IMG/VR virus record: IMGVR_UViG_3300020147_000065
Location: 1 to 64,000 of that record
Reading direction: 5' to 3' (one strand)
DNA: 64,000 bases
The notes under the pieces were generated by a model, which was not told where the DNA came from, searched no databases, and worked only from the letters and a program-made list of their open reading frames with translations. Positions 27,928-37,085 of the stretch are shown piece by piece. Positions within the stretch are counted from its first letter, which is position 1; the number at the start of each line of letters is the position of its first letter. Both the position numbers and the translations under genes were made by a program.

Positions 27928-28331
27928 ATGTTAATGTAACCTTTCAGAACACACAAGCATCATATGAGTGGCCGGGTTTTACATGGAGACTTAATAGAGT
28001 CACAGGCTCCAGTTGTGAAGGTTACACCACTGAGGTCGCTGCCACCAGTACTACTCCCAACGGTTTCGCAGTAACATTACCCTCTGGTCTTGCTGCCGCA
28101 GACCACGGTACTACTCAGGTTGCTGTGGTTACCCCGCCAACTTCGGGTGATATTAACTACTATTATTTCCTTGAAGTATGGGCAGCTATTGATTCTGGTT
28201 ATGGTGATCCAAACTATGATCGCTGGATGAACAGTGCATCACCTTTTCAAGTACTCGTTCTTGATAGTGTTGATGCCGGAATGAGGACACGACCAATGAG
28301 AGGTGCTGTCTGGCCTCGTAATATACGTTGA
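27924..28331 (+). CDS. hypothetical protein
   Basis: coupled ORF. Confidence 0.6.
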   Translation: MNVNVTFQNTQASYEWPGFTWRLNRVTGSSCEGYTTEVAATSTTPNGFAVTLPSGLAAADHGTTQVAVVTPPTSGDINYYYFLEVWAAIDSGYGDPNYDRWMNSASPFQVLVLDSVDAGMRTRPMRGAVWPRNIR

Positions 28332-28356
28332 CGAAATGAGGAATTTGTGCTATACT
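28328..28356 (+). promoter_or_regulatory. sigma70-type promoter
   Basis: TTGACG-17-TATACT. Confidence 0.7.
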
Positions 28357-28386
28357 AATTCCTCATTCCATTTTGATCGGAGTCTT

Positions 28387-29652
28387 ATGTTGTTTTCTAT
28401 TTTTACCCCCACTAATCGCCCGGACTATCTTCTTGAACTATATGAAAGTCTTTTAGCACAAAAGTACACCAACTGGGAGTGGATTATTGTTCCCAACGGT
28501 GGTTGTCGTATTCCTGATGTGATTCTGGAGAATAAGAAAGTTATTGTGCGTGAACCAGGCGTACCAAATTCTAATATCGGTGCTCTAAAGAGATTTGCGT
28601 GTTCCCTTGCCTCTGGAGACATTCTCGTTGAGGTAGATCATGATGACATGCTTTTACCAAACTGTTTGGATGAATTAAATTACTGGTTCAATAGACCGGA
28701 AAATTATGGTTTTGTCTATTCAGACAATTTAGTTCTCTCTGATAACTTTATACCATTTAATTCCGCATTTGGTTGGACACATGATAAAATTACCCTAAAT
28801 GATTACAAACAGGGTAGTGGATTAACTTCAACGGAATGCATTCGAATGCATTCCTTCGAGCCATCCGCGGCATCAATGGCTTTTATATGGTATGCTCCCG
28901 ACCACGTAAGAGCTTGGAGAAAAAACGTATATTGGCAGATTGGTGGACATAATGCTGAGATGGATGTATTAGACGATCATGAATTGTTGATACGTACTTA
29001 TTTGCATACTCCGATGGCCAAGACAATGAATCCTCTCTACATCTACCGGCATACGGGTCACAACACATCAATGAGTTCTGAAAAGAATGCAAAGATACAG
29101 AAAGGTACTGTTGAATTATTTCACACCTACGGGTTTGATCTCGTACAACGCGAAGCCGATCTCCGCGGTTTGAGAAAGCTTGATCTTGGTGGTGGATTTA
29201 ATGCCCCAAGAGGCTACGAAACAGTTGATCTCGTTAATGGAGACATTACATGCGACCTGAATGAGCCTTGGCCGTTTGAAGATGGTAGTGTTGGAGTTCT
29301 ACGTGCCCATCATATCTTCGAGCATCTAAAGAATCCTTTATTCACAATGCAGGAAGCACATAGAGTACTTGCAGATGGTGGTTGGTTAATGGTTGAAGTG
29401 CCATCCACGGATGGTAGGGGAGCATGGTGTGATCCCACGCATGTTTCTTACTGGAATCAGGTAAGTTTTTTCTACTATACTCGTGCTGAACAAGCGGGGT
29501 ATATTTATAATGATACCGCCAAATTTCAGGAATTCAGATTGGAAACGCGTTATCCAAACCCCTATTTCGAAGCCAATCACATTCCATGCGTAACATTTTG
29601 GGGTAGAGCAATAAAATCTAATGAGCGACGACCTCATTTAATTCAGGTGTAA
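28387..29652 (+). CDS. GT2 glycosyltransferase fused to class I SAM methyltransferase-like domain
   Basis: FSIFTPT, WEWIIV, LVEVDHDD (DxD-like), DDHELLIR; C-terminal LDLGGG, HIFEHL, AHRVLADGG, DPTH. Confidence 0.85.
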   Translation: MLFSIFTPTNRPDYLLELYESLLAQKYTNWEWIIVPNGGCRIPDVILENKKVIVREPGVPNSNIGALKRFACSLASGDILVEVDHDDMLLPNCLDELNYWFNRPENYGFVYSDNLVLSDNFIPFNSAFGWTHDKITLNDYKQGSGLTSTECIRMHSFEPSAASMAFIWYAPDHVRAWRKNVYWQIGGHNAEMDVLDDHELLIRTYLHTPMAKTMNPLYIYRHTGHNTSMSSEKNAKIQKGTVELFHTYGFDLVQREADLRGLRKLDLGGGFNAPRGYETVDLVNGDITCDLNEPWPFEDGSVGVLRAHHIFEHLKNPLFTMQEAHRVLADGGWLMVEVPSTDGRGAWCDPTHVSYWNQVSFFYYTRAEQAGYIYNDTAKFQEFRLETRYPNPYFEANHIPCVTFWGRAIKSNERRPHLIQV

Positions 29653-29654
29653 GC

Positions 29655-30497
29655 ATGAAATATACTAAAACCATTTCCTTAAATCTCGGAGCAGTTAACG
29701 CTGGTTTGACTTTGGAAGCCCAACCTGTTGATCAGACTGGTGCTGATTCCGGCGATCCAATTGACACTGGCTTTGTTGAACTATTCCCTGGTAACTATCT
29801 ATGGACAGGTGAATTGGAAGAAACACTCCGTGGTGCGGTTAAGTTCAAGAACATGGACACGGGCCAGTTTTATGGTGCCGTAGCCGTTGAACCTAATCCG
29901 GTTAGTGGTTTTGGTCCTTATGTGGTCACGATACTCGTAAAGAGTCTTACATCAGGATTACCTATTGCGAACGCCTCAGTACGTTTATTTAATGATACAG
30001 AGGACGTAAGCAAGACTACAGGTGTTGATGGATTAGTTTCATTAAATGTGAAATCCGGTACATTCAAACGTATAGTTAGTGCAGGTGGATTTGTAACTGT
30101 ATCTGACGAGGTTGATGTTGTAGGAGACGAGGAATTATCTGACGTATCTCTTTCAATCCAATCAATTCCTGTTGTTGAAACAGAAGGTATGACCATTGTC
30201 ACCTGTCTTGCTTCTGATTTTGGTAAACCACAAAAGAATGTGAAGTTTGTTTTGAGTTTCGAAGATAAGAGTAAGAACTTCGTTAACGGTGTATTTCAAC
30301 CTGATAAAGAACAGGAAGGTTATACAAATGCTAATGGTAGAGCCGAACTTCAAGTTTGGCCAAGCTATGTTCTTCAAGACAATGATTTTGAACCGGCAAC
30401 ATATGCCGCCTACGTGGATGGCACCTTTATAGGTAGAGTACTTGTTCCATCAGGTGGAGGAAATCTTTCTGATTTAATTATAGCGGAAGATGATTAA
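29655..30497 (+). CDS. protein with carboxypeptidase-regulatory-like (transthyretin-like) domains
   Basis: VTILVKSLTSGLPIANASVRL...TTGVDG.VSL. Confidence 0.6.
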   Translation: MKYTKTISLNLGAVNAGLTLEAQPVDQTGADSGDPIDTGFVELFPGNYLWTGELEETLRGAVKFKNMDTGQFYGAVAVEPNPVSGFGPYVVTILVKSLTSGLPIANASVRLFNDTEDVSKTTGVDGLVSLNVKSGTFKRIVSAGGFVTVSDEVDVVGDEELSDVSLSIQSIPVVETEGMTIVTCLASDFGKPQKNVKFVLSFEDKSKNFVNGVFQPDKEQEGYTNANGRAELQVWPSYVLQDNDFEPATYAAYVDGTFIGRVLVPSGGGNLSDLIIAEDD

Positions 30498-30499
30498 CG

Positions 30500-30528
30500 A
30501 AAAGGCCATGCTTTATGCATGGCCTTTT
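30500..30528. terminator. bidirectional terminator
   Basis: AAAAGGCCATGC / GCATGGCCTTTT between convergent blocks. Confidence 0.85.
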
Positions 30529-30530
30529 CC

Positions 30531-30908
30531 TTAGATTATTGTCGGTGGATATTGATGCATTGGAAGGAGACGCCCAGGAATCAATTCTCCTGTTTCAGTG
30601 TCGTAATAGTTTAACGCAGGATAAATTTCTGAGGGGCGTCTTCTCACTAAACAAGGACCACTCATAGTTTTCACCGTCATGGTCACACAATCTGGAGTAA
30701 CAAATTCGATTCGCCCTATGAAGACATTGTTACCATCCCTAAATTCAGCCACATAACCTTTCTTAGCTGATTTAAACCAGAACGCATTAAATCGCCTGAT
30801 CTTTTCTTTGTATTCTTTCTTTTCCTTTCCACAGCAATAAAGTCTATGGGAAAGTAATACAATACAAATCAGACCCATAATAATTAAAAGAGTTAAACCC
30901 CTGTCCAT
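30531..30908 (-). CDS. hypothetical protein with N-terminal TM helix
   Basis: AGGAG RBS. Confidence 0.6.
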   Translation of the reverse strand: MDRGLTLLIIMGLICIVLLSHRLYCCGKEKKEYKEKIRRFNAFWFKSAKKGYVAEFRDGNNVFIGRIEFVTPDCVTMTVKTMSGPCLVRRRPSEIYPALNYYDTETGELIPGRLLPMHQYPPTII

Positions 30909-30938
30909 TTTAGGCTCCTACATATTCTCTTTTCCCTG

Positions 30939-31505
30939 TCAAAGTGGTTTAAGTGCAAAGGTCATTTGCATTTCTGGCTTTACGATGTTACCACGAATAA
31001 TTAAAAAGCTTCCGCCCCATAAAACAGGACGAAGTTCTCCGTGTAATCCAAGTAAAGCTCTGTCTGGCCCGGCTACTTTGAGAAATTCTTGAAGCTCTGA
31101 TTCAGTAAATTCTTTTACTTCCGCTTCTCCGCTTTCCCCTGCCATAACTACGAAATATTTATCGTTGGGATTATTTTCCCTGCGTTGACGCTGCGGAGGA
31201 CGTTCGTAATAAACGTCTTCAACCTGAGAATTAGTTGCCTCTATCCATTCTTCTTCTGGAATGGCTACAGGTTCCTGGGCCTGTGCTGCTGCAAGCTGCT
31301 CAGGCGGTGGGGGTGGAATGTCTTCTTCCATGCGACGCGGAGAACGAGAAAGAAATGATCTCGCATCTTTTGGTCCATCATCGGGTACCGCAACACCTAT
31401 CGGTCTTCGGCCCCTTCCCATATAAGGAGCCTGTTGTTGTTCCAGTGGATGACCTATTGGTTGCTGGGTTCGCATATCTCTTGGGCCTCGTGTTCGGCTA
31501 CTCAT
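30939..31505 (-). CDS. hypothetical protein
   Basis: 188 aa, disordered N-terminus. Confidence 0.65.
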   Translation of the reverse strand: MSSRTRGPRDMRTQQPIGHPLEQQQAPYMGRGRRPIGVAVPDDGPKDARSFLSRSPRRMEEDIPPPPPEQLAAAQAQEPVAIPEEEWIEATNSQVEDVYYERPPQRQRRENNPNDKYFVVMAGESGEAEVKEFTESELQEFLKVAGPDRALLGLHGELRPVLWGGSFLIIRGNIVKPEMQMTFALKPL

Positions 31506-31771
31506 TTGTTACCTCCTGCGAAAAATCGAGAGAAGGCATCCATAAATTCAGCACCGTCCACAGAACCAGTAGTTGCCTTTATACGGGCTTTTACGGTTGG
31601 TATTTTAACTCGTAAAAGCATATCAGATAAAACCACTATCGGGCGTCTCTGTGATTTAATTTCACCATTCTCCACGTTTCTAACGTCTACAAAGGTGTCA
31701 AGTTCGGTGTAGATAACTACATCTTCATTGGGACTATCAAGAAGTTGTCGTGCTAACTCATGTGCTTTCAT
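31502..31771 (-). CDS. hypothetical protein
   Basis: MKAHELARQLL small phage-protein pattern; GGAGG RBS. Confidence 0.65.
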   Translation of the reverse strand: MKAHELARQLLDSPNEDVVIYTELDTFVDVRNVENGEIKSQRRPIVVLSDMLLRVKIPTVKARIKATTGSVDGAEFMDAFSRFFAGGNK

Positions 31772-31938
31772 TATCTTCCTCCAATTGCGCTACCAATAAA
31801 CCATAGTAAAATACCTAAAATAAGACCGTTGATCTTAATGTCCAAATCTTCCTTACTACTCATAAGGGTAGCACAAAGGATTATAAGTGCCAGAACACGG
31901 AATATAACAAACAGGCTTACCGTAATAAGTTCTACCAT
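31771..31938 (-). CDS. small two-TM protein (55 aa, missed by ORF track)
   Basis: fills the gap exactly; two hydrophobic helices. Confidence 0.55.
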   Translation of the reverse strand: MVELITVSLFVIFRVLALIILCATLMSSKEDLDIKINGLILGILLWFIGSAIGGR

Positions 31939-32600
31939 AAGTCTTCACCTTCTTTCGGTGTAATCACGGGTGCTTCCTTGGCTGTTGGTTCAATAAGACG
32001 GTAACGCTGTCGTAAACCTGGCTTCTGTTCCTCTTTACTTACTTGTAACGGAACATCAAAATTCCACATAAATGGTGGAAGAGGATTAAGTTCATGGGCA
32101 ACTCGTGTATGAATTTTACCAAACTTGGTATCTACGAGATTGCGCTCAAGAACAGAAGACTTTTCCCATCCTATTAGGTACACAGTCTGTGGCTCGTCTG
32201 GATAAGCAAGAGCTAAAACATAAATGCGATTAGGATGCATATCAATAGGTCGAACAAATAGTTTATAATCCAGAATGTTCATTTTCCTGTTACGCATGAA
32301 GGATGCCTTAATATCTACGTTACTACCAGTTACATCAGCACCGTTATCGCCTAACCACGGGGTTTTATTAATCTCTTCACGACGAGTAAAGTATTCGTCG
32401 GCAGACCCACGTAACCAAATACAACCGGCCCACTCACCGAGTTGGCCGATTAGCTGGTCTTCTGCATTGGTTTTCTTTTGTTCAGCCCGGTCTTTGATCT
32501 TCGAGCCATAGCAGAGGTTTGCTGCCTCTGCATTGGCTTTAATTAATTCAAAGTCATCGCCTGGGATGTCAAGGATTAAGATGTCTTCTTCTCTAATCAT
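31932..32600 (-). CDS. putative PD-(D/E)xK nuclease-like protein
   Basis: GQLGEW, GADV...VDIKAS pattern. Confidence 0.5.
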   Translation of the reverse strand: MIREEDILILDIPGDDFELIKANAEAANLCYGSKIKDRAEQKKTNAEDQLIGQLGEWAGCIWLRGSADEYFTRREEINKTPWLGDNGADVTGSNVDIKASFMRNRKMNILDYKLFVRPIDMHPNRIYVLALAYPDEPQTVYLIGWEKSSVLERNLVDTKFGKIHTRVAHELNPLPPFMWNFDVPLQVSKEEQKPGLRQRYRLIEPTAKEAPVITPKEGEDLW

Positions 32601-33238
32601 GGTGAAATATCTGAATCAGGTCGGTTGATTCTCTCTTTATTCTTTGTCATCTCTACTGGGTCCCCGTGGATGGCATAAACAATTAGTTTCTTTAGTTCGT
32701 TTATACATTCAGTACAGTAAATCCCACCTAATATAGAAGGTTGTAGCTCTGAATAAGCATTATGTAGTTCTCTACCCCACATCATGACGCGTTTACCACA
32801 TTTGTCACAACATCTACTACGAAAAGTGTTCGCACTGTTACCAACAGGGAATTGTTTGTTGAATGCCCGTCTTACTTTCTCCATCTCAACAGCTTCTCGA
32901 TGGATTGTTTCACAATTAAAAGCTTCTGTTTCGCTATCGTATTGCTGATTACATTCACCACATTCCCACTTCTCTATTTTCTTCGGCATTATCCTTCTAC
33001 CTTTCGATTCATAGCATTTTATCTCACAATTGACAGCATCTTCACAGAGATCGTAACTACTACCACAAATGTGACACAGATACTTTTCAATGGGAGGATA
33101 GCTTGGTCGCTTATGTTCAGGCCAAGTATTAACTCTATCTACCGTTCTGGCTACAAATAGCCAGAACTGTCGGTTTTCTTCTGTGGATAGATTCATTCCG
33201 AATTTCATACGTAACCTCTGGCCAGAATTTCGGCCCAC
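32597..33238 (-). CDS. multi-zinc-finger hypothetical protein
   Basis: CHICG, CGECN, CDKCG, CTEC. Confidence 0.6.
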   Translation of the reverse strand: MGRNSGQRLRMKFGMNLSTEENRQFWLFVARTVDRVNTWPEHKRPSYPPIEKYLCHICGSSYDLCEDAVNCEIKCYESKGRRIMPKKIEKWECGECNQQYDSETEAFNCETIHREAVEMEKVRRAFNKQFPVGNSANTFRSRCCDKCGKRVMMWGRELHNAYSELQPSILGGIYCTECINELKKLIVYAIHGDPVEMTKNKERINRPDSDISP

Positions 33239-33939
33239 CTATCGAGATAAGCGTCAGCATATAAGTCGGGATAAATACTATAAGCACCCAGCGCGGGGAA
33301 GTCGTTTACTTCGATAAGAACTGTGTTAGTTCTTAGCTTGGTCTGGATTACACCCACATCAAGTCCGTAAGCAATAGGTGAATCTTTATAAGCCGCCATC
33401 ATATCACGTATGATTTTCCAGTTTGGTGTTGCTTCTGGATTACCTTTGTAGAAAGAGAAGCCGATTGCATCATTATTATGTACAAATACTCTGTACTCGG
33501 CATCAAAATGAACCACATCTGATTTCCAGACCATACTATCTATAAATTCATTTCGTAGTGCTGGTGAAAAGTATCTGTTTTCTTTGGCTTCGAATTGCTT
33601 CGTGACAACAGGTTTAATGAAGCATTTTTCTTCTGGTTTTATATCCCTTAATTTTACCTGCTTTATATTACGGGCAAACCACGGGTGCAAAGACTCTGGA
33701 TAATCCAGATAATTGAGTTTGATTTCGCTGTTGCGAAGATAACGATGCACGAAAGCAACACTGCCCGTTGCTACTTCATCAGGGAGAAGACCAAAATGAC
33801 CATCAGAGCTACGTCTCAACTGTGGAATAAAAGCGGTTTCGTTGCTCGCCATTCCGTTCATCAAAACGACGGCTTCTGGAAGCTTGGGAAGTTGATCGTT
33901 AAAACTTTCGATTAGCAGGGTAATCATTGATTTCTCCAA
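33205..33939 (-). CDS. ATP-grasp domain protein (R2K/DUF4343-like)
   Basis: FIKPV..KQF, AEYRVFV, AYGLDVGV, LIEVNDF. Confidence 0.8.
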   Translation of the reverse strand: MEKSMITLLIESFNDQLPKLPEAVVLMNGMASNETAFIPQLRRSSDGHFGLLPDEVATGSVAFVHRYLRNSEIKLNYLDYPESLHPWFARNIKQVKLRDIKPEEKCFIKPVVTKQFEAKENRYFSPALRNEFIDSMVWKSDVVHFDAEYRVFVHNNDAIGFSFYKGNPEATPNWKIIRDMMAAYKDSPIAYGLDVGVIQTKLRTNTVLIEVNDFPALGAYSIYPDLYADAYLDRWAEILARGYV

Positions 33940-34163
33940 TCATCATTATCTTTTTCTTTGACTTCCTCAACGCGAAGCATCAACATCGCATAAGCTGTTT
34001 TCGCCTGAGAAGCTGCACACATAGCCGATAATGCATTAGCTTCTACCACTGTAATTAAACCAGTCTTGGAGTATTCTGTAGTGAGTTGAGCTACAGCGTC
34101 ATCCATGACTTTAGCTTGACGTAGTGCTTCTACTGTTTCAGGTCTAAATTCTTGTAACGGCAT
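33924..34163 (-). CDS. hypothetical protein
   Basis: coupled ORF. Confidence 0.55.
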   Translation of the reverse strand: MPLQEFRPETVEALRQAKVMDDAVAQLTTEYSKTGLITVVEANALSAMCAASQAKTAYAMLMLRVEEVKEKDNDDWRNQ

Positions 34164-34564
34164 TATTTTTCCTTTACCAGTTCTCCATTGACGAATTTAC
34201 CAATTCTCTCTCCGTATTCATATGCGATGTCGTCATCGTCAACGGATACCCAGCCTTTATTTTTGGTACTAATCCACTCGTAAGCAATACCTTTAATATA
34301 CTCATCATCTGGAAGCCGTTTGGAACCCTCAATCATTTTGTCATGAGCAAGAGCCATAGCAAAACAACCAGCTAAAGAATTATCCCATGTGTATTTAGTT
34401 GTCATGTATGCACCCGTGGGTAGCACACATCGTACAATCATGGTCGGTTCTTTCACAGTTTTAGCATACCAACGTAAAAGAAAAGACCCCCAGAGGTCAA
34501 GTAATTTTCTTCGCATAAGAAGATTATACCAGTTCTGAGGGTCTGCGTCAAGGGTCAGAGCCAA
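34163..34564 (-). CDS. hypothetical protein
   Basis: coupled ORF. Confidence 0.6.
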   Translation of the reverse strand: MALTLDADPQNWYNLLMRRKLLDLWGSFLLRWYAKTVKEPTMIVRCVLPTGAYMTTKYTWDNSLAGCFAMALAHDKMIEGSKRLPDDEYIKGIAYEWISTKNKGWVSVDDDDIAYEYGERIGKFVNGELVKEK

Positions 34565-34893
34565 TCGTTATCGTCGTCGAGGAAGTCATTCTTTACGGGT
34601 GAAGGAATAGAGGGAATTTCCTGAGTCTTCTTCTCTCTTTCCCTGATAGCCGCAGCAGAGAAATCATCGTCTGTCAATATGAGAAGAGGAATATCATCTA
34701 ATGATGACGGAAAAGTGTGTTTGACCCCTGGTTTGCACATAATCACAATCGAGGAGTCCGTCATTTTGATTCCCCATACTCCCTCCCGATTCATTATCGA
34801 ATTGGAGTATTTCAGTTTCACTTCGGCTATCTGACGATTGTAAGGAGTCGCGCAGATAGTTGGCTGCTTTACGGAGTCTTGTGGAGTTGTCAT
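34555..34893 (-). CDS. hypothetical protein (start uncertain, overlaps endonuclease)
   Basis: protein-like C-terminal half; up to about 200 nt overlap with the endonuclease VII gene. Confidence 0.5.
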   Translation of the reverse strand: MTTPQDSVKQPTICATPYNRQIAEVKLKYSNSIMNREGVWGIKMTDSSIVIMCKPGVKHTFPSSLDDIPLLILTDDDFSAAAIREREKKTQEIPSIPSPVKNDFLDDDNDWL

Positions 34894-35269
34894 AAAAATT
34901 CCCTATTCCCAAATTACAACTTGAACATAGTAAACCGCGTACCTTACCTGTACTATGGTCATGGTCTACACATAGCTGCTTTTCGTGTTTTTGTGGTTTA
35001 AATCCACAGATGGCACAGGAATTATCCTGTGCCTCTAATAATTGTGTATATTCTTCTTCTGTAATTTGACATAGTGGTTCTCCAGGCTTTGTGCGAGAAC
35101 GTATTCGTCTATTAATTATTCTTATGCGGCTTTTGAGTATCTTGTTGCGCTCTCTTGCCTTATCTTCTTTACATTTCTTACAATATGTGTCGTAACCATC
35201 TGAGCTACTATTAGATTTATGGCACGTTAATGGTGTCTTTTCAATGTCGCAAATAGGACAATTAGGCAT
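34694..35269 (-). CDS. endonuclease VII-family HNH (homing) endonuclease
   Basis: CAICG, LCVDHDHSTGKVRGLLCSSCNLGIG, N-terminal Cys-rich domain YCKKC. Confidence 0.9.
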   Translation of the reverse strand: MPNCPICDIEKTPLTCHKSNSSSDGYDTYCKKCKEDKARERNKILKSRIRIINRRIRSRTKPGEPLCQITEEEYTQLLEAQDNSCAICGFKPQKHEKQLCVDHDHSTGKVRGLLCSSCNLGIGNFYDNSTRLRKAANYLRDSLQSSDSRSETEILQFDNESGGSMGNQNDGLLDCDYVQTRGQTHFSVIIR

Positions 35270-35270
35270 T

Positions 35271-35307
35271 GGGTGTCTCCTAAGACTGGTACTCTAAGGA
35301 GACACCC
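35271..35307 (-). promoter_or_regulatory. RBS-occluding hairpin of endonuclease VII gene
   Basis: 11-bp stem GGGTGTCTCCT / AGGAGACACCC containing AGGAG 7 nt before ATG. Confidence 0.75.
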
Positions 35308-35326
35308 GCGACCACAAAGGTTCCAC

Positions 35327-35422
35327 TTAACTAATCATACTGGCATAAGGGTAGCGTTTAAAAGCGTTGGATAAAACCCTTCTGCGTTGCCAATTATACG
35401 CAATTCGCTTCAATATAGCCAT
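35327..35422 (-). CDS. 31-aa basic peptide
   Basis: GGGAGG RBS; MAILKRIAYNWQRRRVLSNAFKRYPYASMIS; start codon within a 9-bp stem. Confidence 0.4.
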   Translation of the reverse strand: MAILKRIAYNWQRRRVLSNAFKRYPYASMIS

Positions 35423-35514
35423 AACTACCTCCCTTTTATGGCGATGTAGTTATGACGATTAATGTGTTTTTACGTGTTGTTTATTTCTTATCTAACTTAT
35501 GTTATGTATAGTTG

Positions 35515-36033
35515 TCAAGAATAAACATATGCGCGTAATTTTCTTTCGACTTTTTCTCTGGCTCTCCATGAACGAGACTTAACTGTTCCAATAGGTACTT
35601 GTAACTTTGCTGCCGTTTCTTCAACATCCAGATTACCTAAGTAACGTGTAACAAGTATCCGTTGTGAAACAGGACTTAGGGTATCTATTACTTCACCGGC
35701 TAAAACTCTTAACTCCGCAGACTCTACAATCTCATGTGGTAAATCATCAGCAACATCAGTACACGCTGCTATGATTTTATCCATATTCTCACGGTAACGT
35801 AGTTTACGTCTGATAAGATCGCAGCAATAATTCCTTGCTACCGCTTTTACCCATTCACGCATCTTAGTTGTTTCTGTTACTGTATGACGGTTCAACCAAC
35901 AACGTAACAACACATCTTGTTCTGCGTCTTCTATGAAAGCAGGTTCATGTTTTAATATATAGCCGAGCATTAAGCGAACCACGGGTCTATAATCTGCGTA
36001 GTACGCTTCCATTTCTGTTAGCGTTTTTTGCAT
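35515..36033 (-). CDS. ECF-type (sigma24-like) RNA polymerase sigma factor
   Basis: region 2 DAEQDVLLRCW...WVKAVARNYCCDLIRR; region 4 LSPVSQRIL...EETAAKLQVPIGTVKSR. Confidence 0.9.
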   Translation of the reverse strand: MQKTLTEMEAYYADYRPVVRLMLGYILKHEPAFIEDAEQDVLLRCWLNRHTVTETTKMREWVKAVARNYCCDLIRRKLRYRENMDKIIAACTDVADDLPHEIVESAELRVLAGEVIDTLSPVSQRILVTRYLGNLDVEETAAKLQVPIGTVKSRSWRAREKVERKLRAYVYS

Positions 36034-36416
36034 ATCACTTCCCCATCTACTGCAAAGTAGACTTCTTTAGTGAGGCGATCCTTGACTCTCTGATTAATTT
36101 CGATGGTATCTTGGGCGTGTTCCGCTGTCATCGAAGCAGCATACAAACGTTCAAATCCCAAGCGAACAAGTTCAGCCACCTGTTGTTCTGTTGCCTTTTC
36201 GGGTTCAGGAGAAGGTACCGGAAAAGATATTGCGGGGAATGGAAGGTCTTCTACATCAACAATATTTTCTTTTGGTAAAGGGGTTTTAAAGAGGAAGTGA
36301 GGGCGACTGACCTTCGAAAGGTCAGTCGCCACTGTTCTCCCCAGCGGTTTAGGAAAAGGGTATCTGCTGGACATGAATTGCTGCTCCTGGTTTTGGAGTA
36401 TAACCAATAAGTTCAA
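36018..36416 (-). CDS. hypothetical protein
   Basis: ORF in coupled run; start may be downstream. Confidence 0.55.
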   Translation of the reverse strand: MNLLVILQNQEQQFMSSRYPFPKPLGRTVATDLSKVSRPHFLFKTPLPKENIVDVEDLPFPAISFPVPSPEPEKATEQQVAELVRLGFERLYAASMTAEHAQDTIEINQRVKDRLTKEVYFAVDGEVICKKR

Positions 36417-36594
36417 TAGCTAAATCGCCTTCTTCTGGCATTTTAGCACTGATTAGAATTTCACTTCGATCTGGACGAACTTTCTTGCGTCCAAAGGCCA
36501 TCACGTTTGTGCGAGGAGAGAAGATAACGAATATATCGTCTCCGTTTTCAAGCAAAGCTTTCTCTAAATAAGCTCTGGGGATTGAGACTTGCAT
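36349..36594 (-). CDS. hypothetical protein
   Basis: AGGAG RBS. Confidence 0.55.
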   Translation of the reverse strand: MQVSIPRAYLEKALLENGDDIFVIFSPRTNVMAFGRKKVRPDRSEILISAKMPEEGDLAIELIGYTPKPGAAIHVQQIPFS

Positions 36595-36985
36595 AAGACT
36601 CCTGTGGTATATAGTGGTTGTGGACTTTATTTATATCTTCCACGCAAACCTGTGGTAGCTCAGAAACTACACTAAATAACTGTTCGGATTTACTTAGACG
36701 CTGTGGTACTTCACGATAACTCCAGAAAACGTAGTACTCGTCATCCACTGCATCTAATTCCATCCACCAACCGTCACCTACAACAACAAGGTCACAAGCT
36801 GGACCGGTGTAATTTGGGACGTAAGCTGTCTGAGGCAGCTTCATAAATTCATCCCAAGTCACACTAAACTTACCGTCTTTAGAGCCAATCCATTCAATAT
36901 CCTCTGGATTTTTGCAATTGGCGGCTAAATTATATTCGATTTCCTCAACCATATTTATGGTCGGTATTGATTTTTGGTCATTCAT
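36548..36985 (-). CDS. hypothetical protein
   Basis: first gene behind minus-strand promoter. Confidence 0.65.
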   Translation of the reverse strand: MNDQKSIPTINMVEEIEYNLAANCKNPEDIEWIGSKDGKFSVTWDEFMKLPQTAYVPNYTGPACDLVVVGDGWWMELDAVDDEYYVFWSYREVPQRLSKSEQLFSVVSELPQVCVEDINKVHNHYIPQESYASLNPQSLFRESFA

Positions 36986-37003
36986 TTTTCATCACCAAGC
37001 TAA

Positions 37004-37032
37004 ATTATAGCAGATTCCAGCTATGTCGTCAA
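37004..37032 (-). promoter_or_regulatory. sigma70-type promoter
   Basis: TTGACG-17-TATAAT on minus strand. Confidence 0.8.
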
Positions 37033-37085
37033 GTCCTGACAAACCTGAGAATGAGTTATGCGTATGAAGATGAGGAGGAAGCACC

